64,000 nucleotides of DNA, taken from the NCBI GenBank assembly GCA_002269645.1, contig NIVC01002299.1:62001-126000 (forward strand), in the 5' to 3' direction. The notes under the pieces are model-generated. The model saw only the letters and a list, made by a program, of their open reading frames with translations, was not told where the DNA came from and ran no database searches. This document shows, piece by piece, positions 12,601-24,600 of this stretch (positions are counted from its first letter, which is position 1; the number at the start of each line of letters is the position of its first letter). Position numbers and translations under genes: made by a program. Origin of the DNA: Macrostomum lignano (taxonomy: Eukaryota).

Positions 12601-15600
12601 TTTAATGCTCTACCATGAGTAGGCGGCACGGTTATTGCAACTGATAAAACTAAGATTAACATCAAGATTGATTTCAATATTGTGAACGAGCTAGATAAAT
12701 AAATTTTCAAATATCATCATAAGAATCTATGTGAGCCACTCAGCTCATTTGTGTGTAAGCTACTGTCAGTAGAAAGTTAAATGGAAGAATTTTATCAGAT
12801 AATTTATTTTAGGGCAAGACATTCGCTCCCCCCTCAAAATCTTTAACCCTGGGCACAGATTCCATATGCTCGTATAGAATCAGCGCCCCACCCCGCCGTC
12901 CAATTATTATTGCCTTCCCCGGTTGTGTTCCAGCCTAAAGTTGCCAGACATGTACATTCTTAGTAGCGCTGGCTAATGTACATTGAGGCTGCACCAATAG
13001 CGAATTGTTTACGTCTGCAAGTCACTCCAAAACAGGCTTGGCTTTTCTTTTATTTTCATAAAATAGCGCACGCATTCTTCATTGCTACTGAACTGAAAGT
13101 TGCAGAGACGGCTATTCAAATCAAATATGCCTACATTTAAGTGGCCCTTCTAGTTACTATAGTATCTGCGCTCGCTCAATACACGACGTACATCATGTAC
13201 ATGTATGAAAAAGGCCAAAATAAGTTTTAACATCTCGCGCACAAACCTATCCAGAGAAACTCTAAACAGACACGCAATTTGAAACTAGCTTTCAAAACTG
13301 TTAAAACCTCATCTTACCGCACAGAATTCATTCACAGTGGTGAACAGCTGCACCAGCAACTCGATAGTTTCGCTGTTGATGTTGGAGTAGGCCACGTTGA
13401 TGAATTGCGACACCTCGGCCACGAGGTTGAACGACTTGATATTGTCCGGCTGTTCTCGCAGGTAGTTCTGCAGGCCCTTGTGTTGTCCGTCACAGATCCT
13501 GGCCAGGACTTTCAGCACCAGGCCCACGTAGCCATCATCCTTCATGGAGATCTTCTCAGCCTCCAGGTGGTGCGCACTTGACTGGTCTCCGTCCTGCTGG
13601 GTTTCAAAGTGTATATGACAGTGTGTGTCACAGTGTACATGACAGTGTGTGTCACAGTGTACATGACAGTGTGTGTCACAGTGTACATGACAGTGTGTGT
13701 CACAGTGTACATGACAGTGTGTGTCACAGTGTACATGACAGTGTGTGTCATAGTGTACATGGCAGTGTGTGTCACAGTGTACATGGCAGTGTGTGTCACA
13801 GTGTACATAACAGTTTGTGTCACAGTGTACATGACAGTGTGTGTCACAGTGTACATGGCAGTGTGTGTCACAGTGTACATAACAGTTTGTGTCACAGTGT
13901 ACATGACAGTGTGTGTCACAGTGTACATGACAGTGTGTGTCACAGTGTACATGACAGTGTGTGTCACAGTGTACATGACAGTGTGTGTCATAGTGTACAT
14001 GACAGTGTGTGTCACAGTGTACATGACAGTGTGTGTCACAGTGTACATGGCAGTGTGTGTCACAGTGTACATAACAGTTTGTGTCACAGTGTACATGACA
14101 GTGTGTGTCACAGTGTACATGACAGTGTGTGTCACAGTGTACATGACAGTGTGTGTCACAGTGTACATGACAGTGTGTGTCATAGTGTACATGACAGTGT
14201 GTGTCACAGTGTACATGACAGTGTGTGTCACAGTGTACATGACAGTGTGTGTCATAGTGTACATGGCAGTGTGTGTCACAGTGTATATGGCAGTGTGTGT
14301 CACAGTGTACATAACAGTTTGTGTCACAGTGTACATGACAGTGTGTGTCACAGTGTACATGGCAGTGTGTGTCACAGTGTACATAACAGTTTGTGTCACA
14401 GTGTACATGACAGTGTGTGTCACAGTGTACATGTCAGTGTTGTGTCACAGTGTACATGACAGTGTGTGTCACAGTGTACATGACAGTGTGTGTCACAGTG
14501 TACATGACAGTGTACATGACACATGACAGTGTGTGTCACAGTGTACATGACAGTGTGTGTCACAGTGTACATGACAGTGTGTGTCACAGTGTACATGACA
14601 GTGTACATGACACATGACAGTGTGTGTCACAGTGTACATGACAGTGTGTGTCACAGTGTACATGACAGTGTGTGTCACAGTGTACATGACAACATGACAG
14701 TGTGTGTCACAGTGTACATGACAGTGTACATGACACATGACAGTGTGTGTCACAGTGTACATGACAGTGTGTGTCACAGTGTACATGACAGTGTGTGTCA
14801 CAGTGTACATGACAGTGTACATGACACATGACAGTGTGTGTCACAGTGTACATGACAGTGTGTGTCACAGTGTACATGACAGTGTGTGTCACAGTGTACA
14901 TGACAACATGACAGTGTGTGTCACAGTGTACATGACAGTGTGTGTCACAGTGTACATGACAGTGTGTGTCACAGTGTACATGACAACATGACAGTGTGTG
15001 TCACAGTGTACATGACAGTGTACATGACACATGACAGTGTGTGTCACAGTGTACATGACAGTGTGTGTCACAGTGTACATGACAGTGTGTGTCATAGTGT
15101 ACATGAAAGTGTGTGTCACAGTGTACATGACAGTGTGTCACAGTGTACATGACAGTGTGTCACAGTGTACATGACAGTGTGTCACAGTGTACATGACATG
15201 AGTAGATACCATGTGTCAGGAAGTCAGAGAAATTTACACACCATCCTGTCAGTTCCGTTGCTGCCTTTCATCAGGCCGTCAGCGGCGTCCTTCCCACCTT
15301 TGATGCCGTTAGCAAAGGCGACTTGCCGACCAGCAGCTGACGTGCTGCCGCCGTTGCTGCCGCCGTTGCTGCCGCCGTTGCTGCCGCTGGCGACGCCTCC
15401 AACGCCGGACTTTTTCTTGGTGATGGACGCCGACTGCATCTGGGTGAGGCTGACCCGGCGCTGCAGGCGTTTAATTTTAAAATAAAAAAATTCAATCATA
15501 CTACTGATTAGTAGGCAAGTGGAGAATATCTCCGTTTACATTTAATATCTGTTTGGTAACTAAGTGTACATTAAATTAGCAAACCTTGGCGGTGCGTACT

Positions 15601-18600
15601 CGTAAACTGGAGTTTCAAGCTAATTGTTAGACAAATAACATGCAATTATAATTTATTGAGTACATATTTGAGTACATTCACTGATCGACTTTGTTTTAAT
15701 CAGTATAAAATAAATAAGCAAGTTTTAACTCGAAAGCGCTCGAGACCCTCTGGAAAGTTTCTTAGGACAGCTGAAGCAGAAGGCATCACACTCTAAATCG
15801 TGCAATTTCGCTGGAAGCAGCAGCGTGTATGAGTGCGTGCCTGTATACAGGCTCAGAAATGTCCTTCTGAACCAAAATCGGAAGGATATCCGAGCCCTTG
15901 TCATGACCCTCACCGGCCATGGCAACCTCGCCAGGCACTGCTTCCTCCGAGGCGACCTCGAAAGTGAACTTTTGCCCTTTTGGCGAGTACGACAATGAAG
16001 ATGCTCAGCACTTTGTTTGTCACTGTCCTTTCTTTACCTTCTTTACCGCTAACTCGGGCCGAACCCGTCCATTGACGAGGTCTGCCAGTCCGACAGCATA
16101 CCACGGCTCATCCAGTTCCTTCGGGCAACAAGACGAGCCAGTTTCTTCCCCACGGAAGATCACGCTGCAGGACGGACCGGCGGACGGCTAGCGGAATGGG
16201 CTGGTTAGGGGACAATGTCCCCGAAGGCGCTGCTCCAGGGTTTCCGCAACCATCCTTTAATAGGTGCCCCAAAGAAGCCAAATAATTTAACTGACTCCTG
16301 CTTTGCAGTCTTTCACCCTGACTTATCTGTCGAAAGCAAAGATTCGAGCACTGGGTAACAGGAGCTATAGACCTTGGAAATATGCAGATGCTGTCTCCCT
16401 ACGTCACGCATGAGTGCGATGCGTTGCTGGTGCATTTCTAAATATTTATAGTAACTAAGAGGACTTGAGGTTACAGGAAATACGATCATCAATGTCAGTA
16501 ACACACACTATATGTGCAAATCTATGCTGCAGCTAATGAACAAATTAAATTTATAAACTGTGCAACAAAAAGCTAATTTGCGCAGAAAAGCTACTGTAAG
16601 TAGTTTACCATACCATCAGTTTTCCATTGTTCTGCAAACACGGATTATTGTAGTTAAACAACGGATGCTTGGACAGCCAAGATAAATAAAGGAAAAGTAA
16701 AAAACACTTATGGTGAAGTACTTAGAGTATAAATGTCATTTATCAATTGTAACAAAATAAATATGAGGGATGTGCAGGTGACCCCAACACCATTATTACA
16801 TACGTATTGACGAAGTGAAGGTGGATATGCAGCTTTTTTTATTATTTTCACTTCAAGAAAAAGTGCATTCTCTCCAAAATTAGGATAAATTAATTTCAGT
16901 TTTACCATTGCTTGCTGCGTGGTGGGCGAAGTTTTTTTGTTGAACTGATTAGTCATTTTTCATGGAGCTTGGAATATATTTAACATAAAGATTCTACTTT
17001 CCTAGACATTACTCTAAGTAGGATATAAGTTCATGCAGGAAAAAATTATTTTATTATTGATAACTTAACTTAATTGATAATAAACTTAATAAAACTCACA
17101 GTTAAATCACTGTTGGCCTGCTCAATCTTCATCTCGACGTGATACTGCTGGATTTGCTGCAATTCGGATTTGAATAATTATCTGTACGATACTTTTCCAT
17201 TTATAGTTTAATCTGATAACTAGCTCATTAGTTCATGAACTCACTCATGAACATACTCATGAACTCACTCATGAACAGACTCATGAATTCACTCATGAAC
17301 TCAGTCATGAACTTATGAACTCACTTATGAACTCACACATGAACTCATGAACTCACTCATGAACTCATGAACTCACTCATAAACTTATGAACTCACTCAT
17401 GAACTCATGAACTCACCCATGAACTCATGAACTCACTCATAAACTTATGAACTCACTTACGAACTCACACATGAACTCACTCATGAACTTATGAACTCAC
17501 TCATGAACTTATGAACTCACTCATGAACTGATGAACTCACTCATGAACTTATGAACTCACTCATGAACTTATGAACTCACTCATGAACTTATGAACTCAC
17601 TCATGAACTTATGAACTCACTCATGAACTTATGAACTCACTCATGAACTTATGAACTCACTCATGAACTTATGAACTCACGCATGAACTCACTCATGAAC
17701 TTATGAACTCACTCATGAACTCATGAACTCACTCACCTGAAGCGCTTTCACCCCGAGAGTCATGGTGGCCTTAAGATCGTCCGCCTGGCTCCTGGCGTCC
17801 ATCTGCCGCGCCTTCTGCTGCGAGATGAGCAGCCGCTTCTCCTTGATGTTTGCGGTGGACACCTGCAGCCGGTTGCGCACAGCAAAGAAGAACACTTCTT
17901 CTTTCGTGTTCAAGAAGTACTTGAGCATGCTCTGTTGGACTTTCTCGTTGGCATTAAATAGCATGATGCCAAGGAGTGAAAGAACCTCCTTAGCAACTAA
18001 GCCGCTCGTGGAAGCCAGGTGTGGCAGCGCGTGCTTCATCAAGTCGAATGAGTTCAGCGTATTCTGGATTTCCGCAATGTTCTTCAGACCTCTGAAGATT
18101 AAGGGAGTGAGGGGTGAGTTGTAGTTACACGTAGCAACCAATCAACACAAATTACAACCAACACACCGCAACCAATCAACACAAATTACAACCAACACAC
18201 CGCAACCAACACACTGCAACCAACCAACACACTGCAACCAACCAACACACCGCAACCAACACACTGCAACCAACCAACACACCGCAACCAACACACTGCA
18301 ACCAACCAACACACTGCAACCAACCAACACACCGCAACCAACACACCGCAACCAACACACTGCAACCAACACACCGCAACCAACACACCGCAACCAACAC
18401 ACCGCAACCAATCAACACAAATTACAACCAACACACTGCAACCAACCAACACACCGCAACCAACACACCGCAACCAACACACTGCAACCAACCAACACAC
18501 TGCAACCAACCAACACACCGCAACCAACACACCGCAACCAACACACTGCAACCAACACACCGCAACCAACACACCGCAACCAACACACCGCAACCAATCA

Positions 18601-21600
18601 ACACAAATTACAACCAACACACTGCAACCAACCAACACACCGCAACCAACACACCGCAACCAACACACTGCAACCAACCAACACACTGCAACCAACCAAC
18701 ACACCGCAACCAACACACCGCAACCAACACACTGCAACCAACACACCGCAACCAACACACCGCAACCAACACACCGCAACCAATCAACACAAATTACAAC
18801 CAACACACTGCAACCAACACACTGCAACCAACACACTGCAACCAACCAACACACTGCAACCAACCAACACACCGCAACCAACACACCGCAACCAACACAC
18901 TGCAACCAACCAACACACCGCAACCAACACACCGCAACCAACAAACCGCAACCAATCAACACAAATTACAACCAACACACTGCAACCAACCAACACACCG
19001 CAACCAACACACTGCAATCAACCAACACACTGCAACCAACCAACACACCGCAACCAACACACCGCAACCAACACACTGCAACCAACACACTGCAACCAAC
19101 ACACTGCAACCAACACACTGCAACCAACACACTGCAACCAACACACTGCAACCAACACACTGCAACCAACACACTGCAACCAACCAACACACTGCAACCA
19201 ACCAACACACCGCAACCAACACACCGCAACCAACACACTGCAACCAACACACTGCAACCAACACACTGCAACCAACACACTGCAACCAACACACTGCAAC
19301 CAACCAACACACTGCAACCAATCCCTGCAATCAACAATCACATGTAAAGAAAGCCGCCTCTAACCAAAGCAAGAAGCATGCATGCATCAGTGTTAAGATG
19401 CCGAGACTGACCGTTTCACCCGAAACTCGGACATCCGCACCTCCCAGTCCTCGGGCAGTTTGCGCTCCTCATTGTGAATGAATGCGCGCAAAATCTGCAG
19501 GATTCGAATGGCCAGCCGTTCTGTGTCGCCCCGACCCCCGGCGCCGGGGTCAGCGGCTGCAGCAGCTGCGTGAGACGCGCTAGCAGTGCTGGAGACGGCG
19601 GTGATTCTGGAGGGGGAGAGGAGAATGCGGTGCTCCATGGAGTAACTGTGAGTGAGTTGGTGTCAGCTTTCAGACAGGTTTTTTCCCTGTCTATAAGCGA
19701 GTTGGTGACAGATTTCTGTCAGGTATTTCACCTGTCTATAAGCGAGTTGGTGACAGATTTCTGTCAGGTGTTTTCCCTGTCTATAAGCGAGTTGGTGACA
19801 GATTTCTGTCAGGTGTTTTCCCTGTCTATAAGCGAGTTGGTGACAGATTTCTGTCAGGTGTTTTCCCTGTCTATAAGCGAGTTGGTGACAGATTTCTGTC
19901 AGGTGTTTTCCCTGTCTATAAGCGAGTTGGTGACAGATTTCTGTCAGGTGTTTCACCTGTCTATAAGCGAGTTGGTGACAGATTTCTGTCAGGTGTTTCA
20001 CCTGTCTATTATAAGCCAGTTGGTGACAGCTTTCTGTCAGGTGTTTCACCTGTCTATAAGCGAGTTGTTGACAGCTTTCTGTCAGGTGTTTCAACAGGCT
20101 ATTTGAATTTTTTGCAGAAATTTCAGGCAACTAATGCATTGTAATATTGCACACGCAACCGTGAATTCACTCTTAAATAATCCTTGTCACCTGCAATGTA
20201 GCAGAAACTAGATAGATACCTACCTACCGACAGACCATTTTTACTAATACTAAAACTGACGCGATGTTTGTCTGTTTGTTTGTTGCAACTTTTCTCCTAG
20301 ACTACTGGCAACTCAGCGTCGAAACTTATATGGGAAAATTGCAAATTTTCTGTAAGTGGCTATAGGCTATTTTAATTTTCTATTTTCACATTTTTAAATC
20401 TCTAAAAAGGCAGAAAACAGCTTTTAACCTTCTTTGGCCCTTCTGTGGCCACTGACTCTCTAGTGGAGGGGTTGCAGGTTGCAGCCTGTTTGTAAAAAAG
20501 CCACCCCAACCTCTGCCCGCGGGTCGCTGTGTATTGGGGGGATGGGTGCACGTATTCCACATTCAAGGCAAATGTTGGGGTGCAATTAAAAGAAAAGAGA
20601 GAGAGGGTAGAAGAGAGACAATATATAAGTGAGTAGATATGAAATATGAGACAGGAGAGAAGAGGGTGAGATGAGGGGAGAAATAAGAGAGAAAAGAGGA
20701 GACAGGAGAGGGTACAGACGAAAGACAATGGAGAAGAGATAAATAAGGGAGGAGAGATGAAAGGAGAGAGAGGAGAGAGAAGAGAGTAATGATGAGAGCG
20801 CAGAGAGGAGAGAAGAGACACGAGAGTCTGAGTCTTGACAATGGCAGCCAGTTTTTGCAAACAGGGAAATCAATGAATGGACTATGCTATGGTATTTGAA
20901 AGATTTTGTAAAGAATTTATTTGGAGACAATTTGAAAGATGGGGTTCAAGGCATGGAGTTTTAGCTGATGGATTTCAGGGAATGGAATTCCGCGGATGGG
21001 AGTTCTCCTTTCTCCTCCAAAGGAGGAGTTCCACTCGTTTAGTATATGGATGTAAAAATGTCGTAGAATTTCCATAAAACAGCACGCAGCCGTGTCCGTC
21101 ATTTTCAGTCACTATTTTATGAGGCAAGTTTGAAACAAAAAACAACGAAAATTAAAAGTAGAGAAAATGTTTTGGGGGGGGGGGGCTGGGCAAGTCAGAA
21201 GTCGAACTTGAGCAGCTCCTGCAGGTAGTTCTCGTCGCATTGGTCATTTTCGAAGCTGAACAGCGAATTGGCGGCCCGGCTGGCACTCAGCATTGTCTGC
21301 TTCTTTGATTGCGTGCCCAGCACGGAGGTGTCCCTGATAGACTTCAACAGGCTTCGGTGGACGGCCTTCTCGATCTGGACGGACAAATCCGCCTCCTTCG
21401 GCTGCGGCGACCGGAGCCCGATGGTGGACCCGGGCGGAGTTGAGCCGCTGTCTTCGATAATGGTGCCGGCCGTGATTGTGGTGCAGTCGTCCCCCTCGTT
21501 CTCGTCGATGTCGACAATGATGGTCGTCTCGGCGGCTGAGGACGAACCGCGCGCGCCGACTTCATCGATGCTGTCGGTGTCCGAGCCGATGGAGGTGTCG

Positions 21601-24600
21601 TCGCTGATATCGTCCGGGCAGTCGTCCAGGACGGTCGGGAGGTCGTGCTCTTCGGCGTACTCTCGCTCGAGACCGGGCGCTTGGCCAACCTCGGTCAAGT
21701 CAAAGGCGCGCGCGCTGATGATGGAGCCGAGCATCTGCTTGGCACCGCGGCGCCCCGGCCGGATGCACAGGCTGGCGCCGCACAGCAGCTCGGTGACGGC
21801 CGTCTCAGGCGCGCTGACCAGGATGTTGCCGATTGTACGTATCGAAGCCGAGGATGAAGACGACTCGTCAGAGGGCTCGGCAGCGTTTTGCTGAGCTGGG
21901 AGACTCGCCTCCGACATCTCAACTCCTGCTTTGCGAATGCTGTCTTCAACTCTGCTCTTGGCTAATTTGCATTATTTCTATTCAAAGCATTCCTTGGAAT
22001 CCTCTTTGATTCGGACAATCCGTTAAACATTGGGCCAGCCAGCCATAGACACTTGGCTTTTGAGCACGAAATTATTTCTATACCGTGCTCATTCTATTTA
22101 TAATGGCTGCTAGTGAACATTTCAAACTTTAACTTACCAGCGGCGGACCCAGGATTTTATCGAGGGGGGGGGCAAGCCTCACGTCTGGTCAGGCCAGAGC
22201 TGCAATTAGGGTACCATGATACCAATACAGCATGATACCAATACATCTGAGGATTTTTTTGGCAGAGCTGAAGGGAGGGGGGCCATGGCCCCATTGGCCC
22301 CCCCCCCCTCGGTCCGCCCCTGTTGAAACTTGCATGCAATTGAAAAATTTGTTGGTAGGATTGCTGCGAACGTTGATTGATTAGAAGGTAGATTATTGAG
22401 AAGGTAGATGGGGAAGGAGGCAGGTGGGGGAGGAGGCAGGTGGGGGAGGAGGCAGGTGGGGGAGGAGGCAGGTGGGGGAGGAGGCAGGTGGGGAGGAGGC
22501 AGGTGGGGGAGGAGGCAGGTGGGGGAGGAGGCAGGTGGGGGAGGAGGCAGGTGGGGGAGGAGGCAGGTGGGGGAGGAGGCAGGTGGGGAGGAGGCAGTTT
22601 CTGAATCAAGCTGCACAGCGAACTGCCAGAAGCCTCACCGCAGCCCGTTGACCAGCAGGCCGGCCAGCCTGTAGCGGCCCTCCGGTTTGCGACTGCCGGC
22701 GCTGATGAAGCACCGCACGTGATCCTGGAACTCTTCGTCCAGCGGCAGGGACTCTTCGCCGCCGATGACCGTGTACTCTGCGACAGGCAGCGGGGGATCG
22801 GGGTTGTTGAAATACGAGCTAAAGCCAATGATTGCATATTGAAGTGTTACACGCAATGACCAATCATAGAAGACAGTCAGAGCTAGCGTGTGTGATTTCT
22901 CTGAGATGGTTTCATAAATTTATCCACTTAAATTCAGGAAAAATACCACTGCAGACTGTCCTACATGCAAAGTTGAAGACGAAAAAACCAAAACTGCCTA
23001 CATTAAAAGCCCGTTTGATGCTGTGCATTCTGCAGAAGATCCGCTAAGAGTACACAAGGTACTTTGGATTGTTTCCACTTCAGCAAATCGTATTGGAAAG
23101 ACAATAATTCAACAAACTAATACATCAACTTCCAATGAAACACATATCGGCTTCATGGCAGACTACTAAAGTCGTCCTTGCTTTACATTTATATTGGACA
23201 CACTGAAGGTGAGATATTGACAAAAAACTGCAACCCTTCTAATCTTGCCAATGCCAATGATCCTGATACAACCTCCTCATCTGGTCCGGGAGCTCCTCAC
23301 CTCGATCCGAGCTATACTTCAACTGTGCCCTGACAGTGTTCTGGCCGCCCCACAGCAGACTCATGTTCACCGCCAGCGTTTTCAGCTTAGAGTTGAGAAT
23401 GATCTCCTGCTCATAGTACTCCTTGTTGCCCTGAGTTGTGTTTGGAAAGTAAAGTAAAGTTAAAGTTAGTTTTGATTTTTCTTAGAAATGTTGTTTAGAA
23501 ATTCGAAACCATGCAGAAGTCACTACTCGTACTTACCGATTTCATTTGAGACACTGTGTCCTGCAGTTTGGTGCCCTTGCCGATATTCTCCACTACTGGC
23601 TCCATGATCTGTGACAAAAGTATCGAACAAAAGGCAGATATGTAAACCCCGTTTGAAGTGCTTAGCTAGCTTTATGCTGTCAGATAAAAAAACTAGACTA
23701 TGATCACGTAGAACAGGGAACCTTGGTAACCAGGAGCCCGCAACTATAAATACCTAGCCACATTTTTCTCAAATAGATAGATCTCATAAGCAGTAAGAAA
23801 AATTAGCAGTTCTTCCAGATCCCATCTGCTAACAAACCATTCTAAGAAACATTTAAATAGAACCCTGCAAATTCAACTTTGATTCTTAGAAATATTCTTC
23901 TTTTTCTATTAGAGGAAGTCGAAGAATGATTTATAATAAGTTTATATTAACAACTTGTACATAATTGCTTTACATAACAGTTTCCCTACTTTCAGTTCAG
24001 TAGCAATAAAGAATTTGTAAGCTATTTTAAGAAAAGAAAAGCCAGCCAGTTTTAGAGTGACTTGCGATCGTAAACAGCTTGCTATTGGTGCAGCCTCAAT
24101 GTACATTAGCCAGCGCTACTAAGAATGTACATGGCAAGCATTTTAGGCTGGAATACACCGCGGAAGGCAATAAAAATAATTGGGCGGCAGGGCGGGCACG
24201 GATCCTATATATATCGTAGAATCTGTGGGCGTGGGGTAGAGATTTTATGCGGAAAGACCATGGAGGAAAGAATAGAATGGAGTGCTAATCTGAGCCAGTT
24301 ATTTTTATCTCGCTCGATCTTAACTTTTAGCATCCCTTTCCCCCCGTTCTTTCCTATTGGCTCGTGACTGCCATAGACAAAGTATTTTTCGTCTCGTTTT
24401 CGTTTTCGTTCCCCTCTGAAAGGAGTATGAGCTCGCATCAAAATATGCTTTCAGCCAATAGGAAGGAACGGGGGGAAAGGGATGTTAAAAGCGAAAATCG
24501 AGCGAGATAAAAATAACTGGCTCAGATTAGCACTCCATTCTATTCTTTCCTCCATGGGAAAGACGCGGTCTGAGGGGTAAGAGGATCAATAAGCGTCCTG

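Noticed and set aside
13542-15152. Long MYTVTHTV / VHDSVCHS ORFs
   Set aside because: 24-bp minisatellite translation
16000-16020. Selenocysteine readthrough of the two in-frame TGAs in the intron 33 island
   Set aside because: No SECIS element or selenoprotein motif seen
16313-16504. 63-aa minus-strand ORF as an ITPR exon
   Set aside because: The best acceptor is phase 1 while exon 33 ends in phase 0; no family similarity
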